64,000 bases of DNA from Eukaryota sp. TZLM1-RC (lineage: Eukaryota; Protista; Metamonada: BaSk clade): positions 2,460,550 to 2,524,549 of the forward strand of contig JAUPSS010000004.1 in the NCBI GenBank assembly GCA_040285825.1, given 5' to 3'. The translations under genes were made by a program, and so were the position numbers. The notes under the pieces are model-generated. The model was not told the DNA's origin. It saw nothing but the letters and a program-made list of their open reading frames with translations, and searched no databases. Below are positions 22,390 to 32,813 of this stretch, one piece after another. The number at the start of each line of letters is the position of its first letter. The first letter of the stretch is position 1.

Positions 22390-24534
22390 CTAACCCAAAG
22401 TTTTACAATAATCATGAATGCTACCCTCAAAGGGAACCACTTTCCCTTCTTTGCAAACCCAAAGATCCGTACAACAATATTCTAAAAAATGCCTGTTATG
22501 ACTAACTGCAATTATTGTTCCATCATATTCAGACAAGCAATGAATGAGTGATGACATTGTTACCATATCCAAATAATTTGTTAATTCATCAAGCAACAAC
22601 AGCCTTGGATTCTTATTGAGTGTTATAGAACTTAAGGTAATTCTAGCTTTTTCACCTCCAGAAAAAGTACCAATGGGCCTGACCGCCATATCTCCAGTAA
22701 TTCCAAAAGAACCTAAATGTTTCCTAATGGTTAGTTCATCAACAGAAGGATGCTGTGCTTGAATATACTCAGTGGGGGTTTGATCAAACTCAAGTTGATC
22801 AGCAAAATGTTGGTGATAAACTGCTGTGTTTTCAGGGGTTGATCTAGAAATGAATTCTCCAGAGCTGGGTTCTAAAATTCCAGAAATAATTTTGGCCATT
22901 GTAGACTTTCCTGAACCATTTTCACCTATAAGAGCAATCTTACTTCCTTTTGGCACCACAAAATCAACACCATCTAGAATCAGAGGGCCGTCATCAGAAT
23001 ACTTAAAGTAAACATCCTTCATTTCAACTAAATGTCCCGAATCAGCAGAAACCGCAGCTTCGGGAAATTCAAAGGTAAAGTCTTGATCAGCTTGCACTGG
23101 ATCAATGAGACTCATTTTCTCTAGCTTCTTTAACCTTGATTGGGCCATTGAAGCTTTCTTCGCGTTACATCTCCATCTATCCACAAACGCTTGCATGTGC
23201 TGCCTGTGACGCTGCTGGGCTTCGAAGAGACGTTGTTGATTGAGAAGTTGTTGATTACGGATTGAAACAAACTCGGAATAATTACCCTTATAAGTACGGA
23301 GTTTCTTCGAGTTTGAATCCAAGTGAATGATGTTTGTGCACACTGCATTGAGAAAAGTCACGTCATGAGAAACCAACAATATGGTAGAATCCTCAAATCT
23401 TGGCTTCCTGGCTTCCTTGAATGTTAACTTATCGCTGACACTCCGCTGCAAACATCGCTCTAACCACACAATAGAGTTCATAGACAGATGAGAGGTAGGT
23501 TCGTCTAACAAAATAATTGGATACTTACTAAATAACGCAGCTGCTAATGAGACTCTCATTCTATAACCTCCAGAAAGGCTGGTGCACATTGTGTATGGGG
23601 AAGGAGTAGAGTTTGTGTCGGAGTTTGTGTCGGGTTTTTCGTTTTCAAAACCTAACCCTTTCAGAATTTCTTTGGCATCATCAACTAGGTGAAGAGCATC
23701 TCGGTCAATTAGGTAGCATTCAATTTTTGAAAATTGATCATCGCTGATTTGATTTGATTGATTGAGCTGTTCTTTATACGACACGTAATCAGCCAAATTT
23801 TGACCTAGCTCAGAATCCAAATGACTCTTCAAGACTGCTATTATCGCAGGTTCAGGCTCAACATCAGCATCTTGACGTACCAAAAAGACTTTCAAAGAGG
23901 GATGTAACTTGAACTTCCCACTAGCAATAGCATTAAACAAAGTAGATTTTCCTGATCCATTTCTACCAACCAAACCGTAGATCGCGTTCTTGGCAACAGA
24001 AAGAGTGGCGTCATGAAGGAGTTCGTTGGCACCAAACGTGAGAGAGAAATCCTCGACACAGAAGGAACCATCAGGACTGGACTTGATACCATTAGGAGGG
24101 TACGATACTGTGAGTGCGGTACCGGAGAAGGAGGAACAGACAGAGTTGAGTGGTTGAGAAGGTTGTCTTGATGCAGTTTTGGCACGTAACCTGGCCTTTT
24201 CTTGCTCGAAAAAGTCGGCCTTGGTGGTTAGCTCAAGAGCTGCAGGCGTATCAGCAAGGAACTCTCCCTCGCTGTCAGAGTCACTGTCAGAGGAAGAATT
24301 TGAGTCAGAATGAGAGTTGGAGTTGAGAGAAAGTGAATTAAGAATGGAAGTGACTGTTGAGAGAGTGGAGTCAGGAGAGCCAAATGCTTCCCATGCCTCG
24401 AGAATAGGGTGAATGGTTTCAGCGAGGGTTTGGGGGTCGTCAAGAAAGTCTTCTGCTATTGAAGACACATAGTCGGCAATGGGGGTGTCAATTGAAGGGT
24501 CAATAGAGAGAAGCTTGTCTTTGAAAGCAGACAT
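22390..24534 (-). CDS. ABC-F family ATPase (GCN20/ABCF3-like)
   Basis: Two ABC cassettes (GRNGSGKST, LSGGYRMR, LLDEPT; GENGSGKST, FSGGEKAR, LLDELTN), linker QAFVDRWRCNAKKASMAQSR, and no TM segments. Confidence 0.92.
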   Translation of the reverse strand: MSAFKDKLLSIDPSIDTPIADYVSSIAEDFLDDPQTLAETIHPILEAWEAFGSPDSTLSTVTSILNSLSLNSNSHSDSNSSSDSDSDSEGEFLADTPAALELTTKADFFEQEKARLRAKTASRQPSQPLNSVCSSFSGTALTVSYPPNGIKSSPDGSFCVEDFSLTFGANELLHDATLSVAKNAIYGLVGRNGSGKSTLFNAIASGKFKLHPSLKVFLVRQDADVEPEPAIIAVLKSHLDSELGQNLADYVSYKEQLNQSNQISDDQFSKIECYLIDRDALHLVDDAKEILKGLGFENEKPDTNSDTNSTPSPYTMCTSLSGGYRMRVSLAAALFSKYPIILLDEPTSHLSMNSIVWLERCLQRSVSDKLTFKEARKPRFEDSTILLVSHDVTFLNAVCTNIIHLDSNSKKLRTYKGNYSEFVSIRNQQLLNQQRLFEAQQRHRQHMQAFVDRWRCNAKKASMAQSRLKKLEKMSLIDPVQADQDFTFEFPEAAVSADSGHLVEMKDVYFKYSDDGPLILDGVDFVVPKGSKIALIGENGSGKSTMAKIISGILEPSSGEFISRSTPENTAVYHQHFADQLEFDQTPTEYIQAQHPSVDELTIRKHLGSFGITGDMAVRPIGTFSGGEKARITLSSITLNKNPRLLLLDELTNYLDMVTMSSLIHCLSEYDGTIIAVSHNRHFLEYCCTDLWVCKEGKVVPFEGSIHDYCKTLG

Positions 24535-24599
24535 TGGCTAATGTCAAGGTCTGAAAAATGAGATAAAATTTGTGTATTTTTGTCTTTTTCCCATCATGC

Positions 24600-25200
24600 G
24601 TGCTATTTCTCGCAAATTTTTTGTTAGATGCCCAAAACAGTTCCTCTTCGTGTTTAATTACTCAGATTTCTCAAATTTATGGTCTTCTTTTAAATGATAC
24701 AGAATTTTCTTGTACAATGCGCCTTCGTTGTTTTATTTGGCCTGATAACGTGCCCCATAATTTGATTTGTAAATGTGGATCAAAAATTTCTCCAAATCAT
24801 TTATTCAATTGTAAACATTTTATTACTTTCCGATCAAAAGTTCATGATGCAGTAAGAGATCAACCCTTCTGTATGTCAAAATCACATAGAATTGTTATCT
24901 ATTTAGAACCATTACTTTCCCGTTTGGTTGATGAAGATACTTTGAATTCGTTTGGTCGAAGTAGAGGTGATTTAATGCCTGAAGGTCTTGAAGGTACTAC
25001 CATTATAACAGATGTGAGATCCACTGATGTGTGTAATAATTCTTTTATTCCAATGGCTCAATCAAAATATAGGGACCCCTTATCTGTTTCCGAAAAAGCC
25101 AAAATTGACAAATACAAAGCAAAATTGTTATCCTTGAATGCAGAATCGCATACTCATTATGTCCTCTGTCCATTTGCAGTTTCCCTTTATGGCACGCTTG
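24600..25200 (+). mobile_element. RLE retrotransposon (family D), 5' part, interrupted by the LTR element
   Basis: CKCG..HLFNC and RGDLMPEGLEGTTIITDVRSTD. The frame ends YGT-L and resumes GPLALSFLDDF at 32540. Confidence 0.85.
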
Positions 25201-25370
25201 TGTTAGCCAGGCTAAACTCCTCCTGCCAATTTCGGAAAGTATGACGTGATGTATCACGTCATCATTAGTTTAAATTTGTTGTTGTTTAGTTTGTTGTTGA
25301 TTTTCTACCTCTGTTCCATAAACATCCGTTTTTATTTAGTTTCATGGAAAACCGTGCATTGAAGCCAACA
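25201..25370 (+). repeat. 5' LTR
   Basis: tgttagcc...gccaaca; 4 transitions relative to the 3' LTR; internal inverted repeat atgacgtgat-gt-atcacgtcat at 25241-25262. Confidence 0.95.
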
Positions 25371-27542
25371 GTAATTACTGTGGACCCCAGAGAATCCACC
25401 TCTGCTGCCAGGTACCCTCAAGTCGCTCCTTATTTACAACACACTGGTCGAGAAGCCATCTCCCAGTATGTGGAAGCGCTTAAAGTGTACGTATCTCGTA
25501 TGTCCTCTAATCATGTCTCGTCAGACATGACAAGAAGATATCTGTCTTCCACTCCCTCTCAGTCTCCCTCCGGCTCGAAGACATCCGAGTCCTCCTCCTG
25601 TGATTCTGACCGAGAAGCTATCAAGGCTCTCGCTCAAGAAGTCGCCGCTCTGAAATCCCAACTTTCTCTTACCGAGAATTCCGAACTGAGTATTGAAGAC
25701 CCCTCCAAATCCACCCCTGTCTCCACTGGAACGAGAAAATCTAGTTCGTCCTTAAACCCTCGAAACTTCAAACTTCTCTCCGAGATGGATTTTGAAGAAA
25801 GCCAAGACCCGCCTTCTGACTCCTCCGACACTACCAATGTTGCTACTTTCGAAAAGCGCCGCCTCGTTTCCGAAAATCAACTTCATCAAGCTATGCTGCC
25901 GTACGTATTATGTACTATTGCCCCCGCGGTATTAGAAACCTTTGAGATCTTCGAAGGAATCGACCCTAACGACCCCGAAGCCGTCCTTTCCCACCTGTTA
26001 TCCTTTTGCCGTTTTGAAGACTCTGCTGAAGCTTATGACAAGCTCCAATCTCTGAAACTCAACCTGTCTGCCCCAACCGCTGAAGAAGCTATCACATCCT
26101 ATATCTCTGTCTTCCTCAAAAAACTCCGACTCTGTCCCTCCGAATTACCTGAAGCTGCCCGTATGAAGTTCTTTGTGAATGGAATACGTCCTGAGAGACT
26201 CCGCTTCATTATCCGAACCGACGTAGAAACTGGCTCTATCGATAGCTTCTCCTCTTTAGTCTCTCGCCTACGCCAGCTTCTCCCTTCCTATCACCTTCCG
26301 TACTCTGCTTACTATACTCTATATGGTCCAAACCCTCCTCCTCCAAGATCTCAACCCCCTCGCCACAACTCTCGAACCCCCCAGACTCACCGCTCTGCTA
26401 ACAAGTCCTATTCTGTCCGCTCAACCCCTAAGTCCTCGCCTTCCCGTCAAAGCCCTCATTCCGAACAAAAATATTTCTCTCCTCAGAAGTCTCCTTCTCC
26501 CATAACATGCCTTTATTGCAAGGAGCCCGGTCATATGGTAAAAGACTGCCCAAAGCCTGGATGCAAAGCCAGCAAACCTCGAAGATATGGAAACAATCCT
26601 ACCCTCCAAAGAAAACACAACCTTCGCCGCCAAGTCAACCATGTAACTAACGCCAACCTTGAAGAGCCCCAAGTTAATTCTATCGTTGATTCAATTCAGT
26701 CTGCCTTAAAGGAAGATACTTCCGTCGAGAGCATCTTCCCTCATGGAGTAATGTCTTCATCCTCTTCTAGCTCTGATAACGATTCTTATAGTTTGACCCT
26801 CAACCCTTTTTCCTCAATATACCTTTATAACTACCCGACATCTCCATCAACATCCAGAAGCTCTACACCCTCTTTAACATTCTCTGACGCTCAAGAGTCT
26901 CAAGAACTCTTCGATAACTTAGATTCAATAGCCCCTCCCATTCCAGAATCCAACCACGCTCTTACCTCTCATCCCCCTTCATCCTTTTCTGAATCATCCT
27001 CTAATCCTGTGTCCAGTTCTAACGAGTTAGTCTCGAAAGTTGCTTCAAGCTCAACTCATGTGGTACCGCCAGGAAAGGCTCCCTCCCGTAACATAGACTC
27101 TTTGTCGTTGGAAGCTAGTCCCGACCTCGACACTGAGTCTGGGCTGGTTGACGCCGACTGTGCTTACGCCGACGGTGGAGTAACGCATGATGCCTCTGAA
27201 TTAACCAAGAAACGCTCTAAGAACAAGACCCAAGAATCTAAGGAATGGTTCGAGAAGGACGACTCCTCCGCTGAGCCCATGATCTCACTATTTAAGAAAG
27301 AACTTAACAAGCCCGTAGACAAGAAGCTGCTCCATTTGAAGATCCTAGTCGATGAACAGACCTTCCTATACGGAATGGTAGACACTGGAACCACCATCTC
27401 TTGCATCTCTGAAGACCTAACCAAGAAAGCCAAGCTCATACCCACGAACAACTCCCTCGAAGTAGGACTAGCTGATCGGACTAAAGTTGTCTGCCCCCTC
27501 GTCTCTGGAAAGCTCGCCTTCTCTCTCGGAGGCGCCGCTTAG
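25344..27542 (+). CDS. Gag plus protease ORF of the LTR element (premature stop inside the protease)
   Basis: KFFVNGIRPE, CLYCKEPGHMVKDC knuckle, long Ser-rich spacer, GMVDTGTTIS. Confidence 0.85.
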   Translation: MENRALKPTVITVDPRESTSAARYPQVAPYLQHTGREAISQYVEALKVYVSRMSSNHVSSDMTRRYLSSTPSQSPSGSKTSESSSCDSDREAIKALAQEVAALKSQLSLTENSELSIEDPSKSTPVSTGTRKSSSSLNPRNFKLLSEMDFEESQDPPSDSSDTTNVATFEKRRLVSENQLHQAMLPYVLCTIAPAVLETFEIFEGIDPNDPEAVLSHLLSFCRFEDSAEAYDKLQSLKLNLSAPTAEEAITSYISVFLKKLRLCPSELPEAARMKFFVNGIRPERLRFIIRTDVETGSIDSFSSLVSRLRQLLPSYHLPYSAYYTLYGPNPPPPRSQPPRHNSRTPQTHRSANKSYSVRSTPKSSPSRQSPHSEQKYFSPQKSPSPITCLYCKEPGHMVKDCPKPGCKASKPRRYGNNPTLQRKHNLRRQVNHVTNANLEEPQVNSIVDSIQSALKEDTSVESIFPHGVMSSSSSSSDNDSYSLTLNPFSSIYLYNYPTSPSTSRSSTPSLTFSDAQESQELFDNLDSIAPPIPESNHALTSHPPSSFSESSSNPVSSSNELVSKVASSSTHVVPPGKAPSRNIDSLSLEASPDLDTESGLVDADCAYADGGVTHDASELTKKRSKNKTQESKEWFEKDDSSAEPMISLFKKELNKPVDKKLLHLKILVDEQTFLYGMVDTGTTISCISEDLTKKAKLIPTNNSLEVGLADRTKVVCPLVSGKLAFSLGGAA

Positions 27543-30500
27543 CTCACCTTTATCGACGTAACCCTTGCTGTACTCCCTTGCCAGAATTCATGTATCATTG
27601 GTTGCGACCTCCTCAAAAGGCTAGGCATCCTAACCAATGATTACCTCTTCCTTAACCTATCTGACAAGAATTATCAGTTAATGGAAGATGAATCAATCCC
27701 TGATCAGTTCATCCCCCCGTCAGATCGAGTCTCCGCCCTCTCCGCTCTCCCTGATCTGGACAAAACCTCATTTCTGCTGAACGACCCTGCTTTGGAAACT
27801 TCGATTAAAGACTTATTGTTCAAATACCCAGAAGTATTTTCAAAGCTTCCAGCCCCTGAAGGTATAGACTGTCCGCCGATGCGCATTCCTTTCCACGACG
27901 AGACCAAGATTGTCTCTAAAAAGTTCTGATACCTGCCCCCGGATAAGCTAAAGGTTGCTAACGAAGAAATCGACGTGCTCGTAAACAATGGTTTTGCTGT
28001 GCCCTATGATGGACCCTGGAGCTCACCCATATGTCTTGTCCAACGCCCCGGGAAACCTCCTCGCCTAACTGGAGATTACTCCGGCGCTGGAGGCATCAAC
28101 GATCTAACTGTCCCTGTTCCAGCTGATCTGCCCAAGATTTCTGATGTCTGTGAGTTCCTCTCTGGTAATAAATACATTGCTACCCTGGATTTGCCAAAAG
28201 CCTTCTGCCAGTTAAATCTGCATCCCGACGATCAAGAGAAATCGGCCATAGCCATCCCTGGAAGGAAGATTAAATACACTCGTGCTGCTTTTGGTCTAAA
28301 GAATGTTCCTGCTGTGTTTCAAAACCTCATGAAAGGTATATTTGACTCTGAAGGAATATTCATCTATATGGATGATATCATCGTAGCCGCCTCGACGAAA
28401 GAAGTTTTTCTACAAAGAATAGACTACATCCTGTCTCGTGCTCACCGTTATCGTGTGAGAATCGGTCTCCACAAGTGCTCCTTCCAGACCGACCGACATC
28501 CAATCAAGATACTTGGAACCATCTTTGAAGATGGAAAGCGCCGCATCGATCCCTCCAAGATCGAAACCGTACGTAACCTAGCCCCTCCGACTTCCGTCCC
28601 CGAACTCCGATCCTTCACTGGCTCGATCAATTTTCTCCGTGACTGGCTCCCCTCTGTATCCAAAGAACTTGCTCCCTTAACTGCACTATTGAAGAACAAA
28701 CCCAAACGCATCAAGTTAGGACCCCAAGAACTCCAATGCTTTAACAACATCAAGGAAATGGTGATTAGCAGCCTTCCCCTCGCCCTGCCTGACCCTGATG
28801 ACACAATTCTTGTGTCCACCGACGCATCTGACAAAGCTATCGCTGGTATTGTCTGGAAAGAGTTATAACCTTCCCCCCAGGAACCTGCCTTTCAAAACGC
28901 AAGGTAATGCCCGTGTCATTCTACTCACGTATTCTGACCTCTTCACAACAGCGCTGGTCCACCCTTCAGAAAGAGCTTTTCGCTATTGTCATGACGTTGA
29001 ACCAGCCCAATCTCTCATCATATCTTCTCACCAAGCATCTAACCATTTTCTGTGATCACAAAAACCTTGCTTATTTGTTCTCTTGCCCCGACAACAATCG
29101 AGTTGTTCTCCGATGGATCCCCGTCCTTCAGTCCTTCTCCTTCGACTGTGTTCACATTGAAGGAACTAAGAACTACTGGGCTGACTACTTATCTAGGGCT
29201 AACTATGTCGAAACCGCTTCAAAGAAGAAGGAAAAATAAGAGAAGAAGACCAGAAGTGTCTCTGACAACCCGGCGCCCTCCCTGTGCTGCATGATGACTC
29301 ACCGAGGATCGGCTAGATCTCCCCTGTGGAATTACCTGAACCTCGACGGTCTGACGCACTCCTCCCCTCATTGGTACGACATTGACTTCGATACCGCTCG
29401 TAGAACACATCATCCTTCCGCCCTCCGTCCTGAGCATTCTGTGACTGCTTACCTCAACTCCCGCAAACATTTCATTCAATATAATCTGAATCCCGAACCT
29501 CACGAACTACTCTCTCCCTCTTCCGCTCACTTCTTCGTCCTCTCAACTGATTTACCATTCCTGTTTAACAACACAATCGCTCCAAGAGATTTTGGCAAAG
29601 CTGCTTTCGACCCCCGACCCGTGTCCGTTCCTACTGATCCCGATGCTGAACCCCTTGGTCTATATGCTAGAAACTTCAAGGTTAATGATTTGGTTCAACA
29701 GACCAACTGGAACTCCAGTTATATACTTCCAGCATCCCAAGATGCCCCATTTAGACTACCTCCCCAAGGTTATGCCCCTGAACGCTCATTTCATTATCCT
29801 CAACTATATTCATCCCGATGTCACCCTAGGTTCTCTGATTGACCATGCGCATATTTTCCACTTGATCCCCCTCCCTACTCACATGGCCCTTTTAGCTAGG
29901 AAAGAAACCGTCATCTCGCCCACCGATACCACCTTCTAATCAATCAATCGTATCTGAATAATGATCCACCGCCGTTGTATTTCCCCAGTCTTTGGAAACG
30001 CGCCGACCAAAGTAGTTGCTGCTTTCACGATTCAACCCCTCCTCCTTGCAGCCCCAGAGAATGTCCCAACTTCCCCAAATGTAATCATTTTCCTTGGACT
30101 TCTGATACGCATACTGGTACCCCTTCTGGTGAACAGCTATATGACTTTTGCTTACTTCCTACTGCTCTGATATATTCTGATCTGAGACCTTCCTCTAGAC
30201 GCCCCGCTTTAACCGATCATCAACTTCTCCCTGACCCCTTTTACGCCGACCACACTTTACCTTCATCTCGAGACATCACCTCCTTCATTCCCCTTAGCCT
30301 AATCAAGCCCGAGATCCACTCAGTCTACCATTGCGACGATGACGAGGCCACTCCCTGCCCCATAGCCATTCCATGCCTGGAGATGGTTTATAGCCATCAA
30401 ATAGACCTTCGCGATAGAAGAATTCACTACCACTATTTGCCGCTGGACTATCACTCCGTCCTTGGAACCGAAGACGAACCCCAATTCATACTAGAAACTT

Positions 30501-32375
30501 TTCATGTTTGCTCTCACTTCGAGGACATCCGTTCCCTTCTGTTTGACAGCCCAACTCAATATCACTCCCGTCTCGACTTCATTATTCGAGATAAAGTCCT
30601 CGAAATCATTGACTATAGAGATGGTCGTCAGGCCTTCATTAACGTTAACCGCTCCCCAGACGATCTCCCCACCTACTACCTTCCATGTTCCCGGTTCCAC
30701 TTGCCTACTCGCAGAGAGATCTTTGAACTCCACCCAGAAGTATTTGATCATCCCAGTTTCCTCCGTTCCCAATTCATGTCCGAAGATGATGAACACGACC
30801 GAAGATTCAGTTCTGATTCCGCCATGATTGAGATCTCCACTGATTCCGACTCTCACCACGACTCTCACCATGTCGCTTCCCTGGTTCATTCCCTATCCGA
30901 ATCTCCCGCCAGTTCCGATTTGATCAGCAATCCCCTTGCCAGAAACTCACCCGCCCGTTCATTCCTCGACAAGCTATTCATGGAACAACAAAAGATCCCT
31001 GACAGTGACCCTCTGTTTGTTGCTGTAAGATCGAACCTCAGCTGGGTTTAAAACTAATTCAATCCAATAAGATCTTGGTTCCGCCTTCTCTTCGACCCGA
31101 GATCCTCCTTCTGGTTCACGGATCCACCGAAGCTGGTCACCCCTCTTTTGCTAACTGCTGGAAGAACCTGCTTAGCTCAGATTATTTCTGGCCATCTATG
31201 AAAGCAGACTTAACTAACCATGTGAAGGAATGTGTTCCTTGCCAGAAGACTGCCCCGATTCCCTCAAGCTCTGTATCCACCACCGGTTCTCTGAACTCTG
31301 CTCACCGCCCTTTTTGAGTACCTCCACTGCGACTGTATAGGCCCTCTTCCTCTCGACGTTGCCGGATTCAAATACGTTATTCACTTCGTAGACGCCTTCT
31401 CTAAGTTCAGTATTCTTATACCCTCTCGTGACCTGAAGGCTCAATCCATAGTCGACGCGCTCTTAGTTCATATCTATTCTATCTTCGTAGCCCCCAAGGC
31501 GATCCATTCAGACAATGGCCCCGAGTTTGCCAATCAGATCTTTTCCTTGTTTTGCTCCTATCTGAATGTTGAACACTCTCTCTCAATACCCCACTTTCAT
31601 CAATCCAATGGCCTAGTTGAACGCCAACACCGTACCTTTCTTCAAGCTCTTCGAAAGCTCCTGCTGGACTTTAGTGACTATGATAACTGGTCCCACTACG
31701 TGCCGATCTGCCAAATGATCATTAACTCTCAGCCTCGCTCCTCTCTACGCCACTCTCCTTACCAGCTGATTTTCGGTACTGACTGCTCGCCCCGTTTGCT
31801 CCCACAAACATTGTTGAATGATTTAGTCTCCATACCACAAGAACCTGACGTCCCTGAATACCTGCGTCATGTGAATTCAAGTCATCGAACGATTAACCCA
31901 ATCTTGGAAATCCATCTCTGCCGCTCCCAAGAATGACCCTGTCCCTAACACTCTCAAGTACTCTCCTCAGGTGAATGACCGAGTCTTTGTTCTGCGCGAG
32001 AAGCCAGACAAACTCCATGGTCATTATGTTGGACCCTACACCGTACAGAAGATCCTGTCCCCTAGTTCCATTCTTGTTCTGAATCCTGTTACCCGCTCTT
32101 CTTTGAAGACCTCATTACACCTCATCAAGCCTTGCTACTCTTCCTTGCCACCCGCTGTCCTAAATGCCTATGCCGCTGCAGATTCCGGAGAGCCCTTCCT
32201 GGACGCTATTCTCGACATCTCAAGTAACCTAGCTACCGTTTTGTGGTCTGATGGGACTACCACCAAACAACCTGTCTCGTCCATAAAGAATACATCCACC
32301 TATTCCCATTATGTGAAACTATCCGATCCTCCTGCCCCGAAGCAACGAAAAAGAAAGAAGAAGAGGCAGTGTTAG
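27543..32375 (+). pseudogene. Pol (RT, RNase H, large unknown insert, integrase, chromo-like tail), broken by stops and frameshifts
   Basis: Fragments 27975-28868 (LDLPKAF, FGLKN, YMDD), 28907-29239 (KELFAI, DHKNL, ADYLSR), 31075-31317 (H..GH..CVPCQK), 31547-31936 (QSNGLVER) and 31971-32375 (YVGPY, VLWSDG). Confidence 0.88.
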
Positions 32376-32539
32376 CCAGGCTAAACTCCTCCTGCCAATT
32401 TCGGAAAGTATGACGTGATGTATCACGTCATCATTAGTTTAAATTTGTTGTTGTTTAGTTTATTGTTGATTTTCTACCTCTGTTCCATAAACATCCGTTT
32501 TTATTTAGTTTCATAGAAAACCGTACACTGAAGCCAACA
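32370..32539 (+). repeat. 3' LTR
   Basis: Direct repeat of 25201-25370, preceded by a purine tract. Confidence 0.95.
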
Positions 32540-32810
32540 CTTGGACCTCTTGCTTTGTCTTTTTTGGATGATTTTGTTGAAATTGTGAAAAACGTACTGG
32601 AAGAGTTTTCGACAAAGTTTTTGGCAAAACAGAATTGTATTTTCAATTTTCAAAGGTGTTGTTCCCTTATTATCTTCAGCTTTGTTATCTCTTGGACGCG
32701 TCTGTGAAAGAAAAACCTCCAGTCAATTCTTCTTGGCTGATTTGGGTTATGAAGAAATAGATTTTTAACCTTGTCATATAGTTTGTTTTTTATTGTAATA
32801 AAAATTAAAA
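32540..32810 (+). mobile_element. RLE retrotransposon (family D), 3' remainder
   Basis: LGPLALSFLDDFVEIVK..FWQNRIVFSIFK..DLGYEEIDF*, then an A-rich tail into which MULE-1 inserted. Confidence 0.85.
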
Positions 32811-32813
32811 ATA

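Larger units (their letters stand above)
25201..32539 (+). mobile_element. Full-length but mutated Ty3/gypsy (chromovirus-like) LTR retrotransposon, 7.3 kb, TSD CTTG
   Basis: 170-bp LTRs (TG...CA), 4-bp TSD at 25197-25200 and 32540-32543, PPT at about 32348-32369. Gag CCHC, PR VDTG, RT YMDD, RH TDASD, IN HHCC/DNG/E, GPY motif and a chromo-like tail, in PR-RT-RH-IN order. Confidence 0.95.

Noticed and set aside
25344-32375. Stop-codon reassignment to explain the many in-frame stops
   Set aside because: Stops of all three types and frameshifts are confined to TEs; host genes read through cleanly with the standard code.
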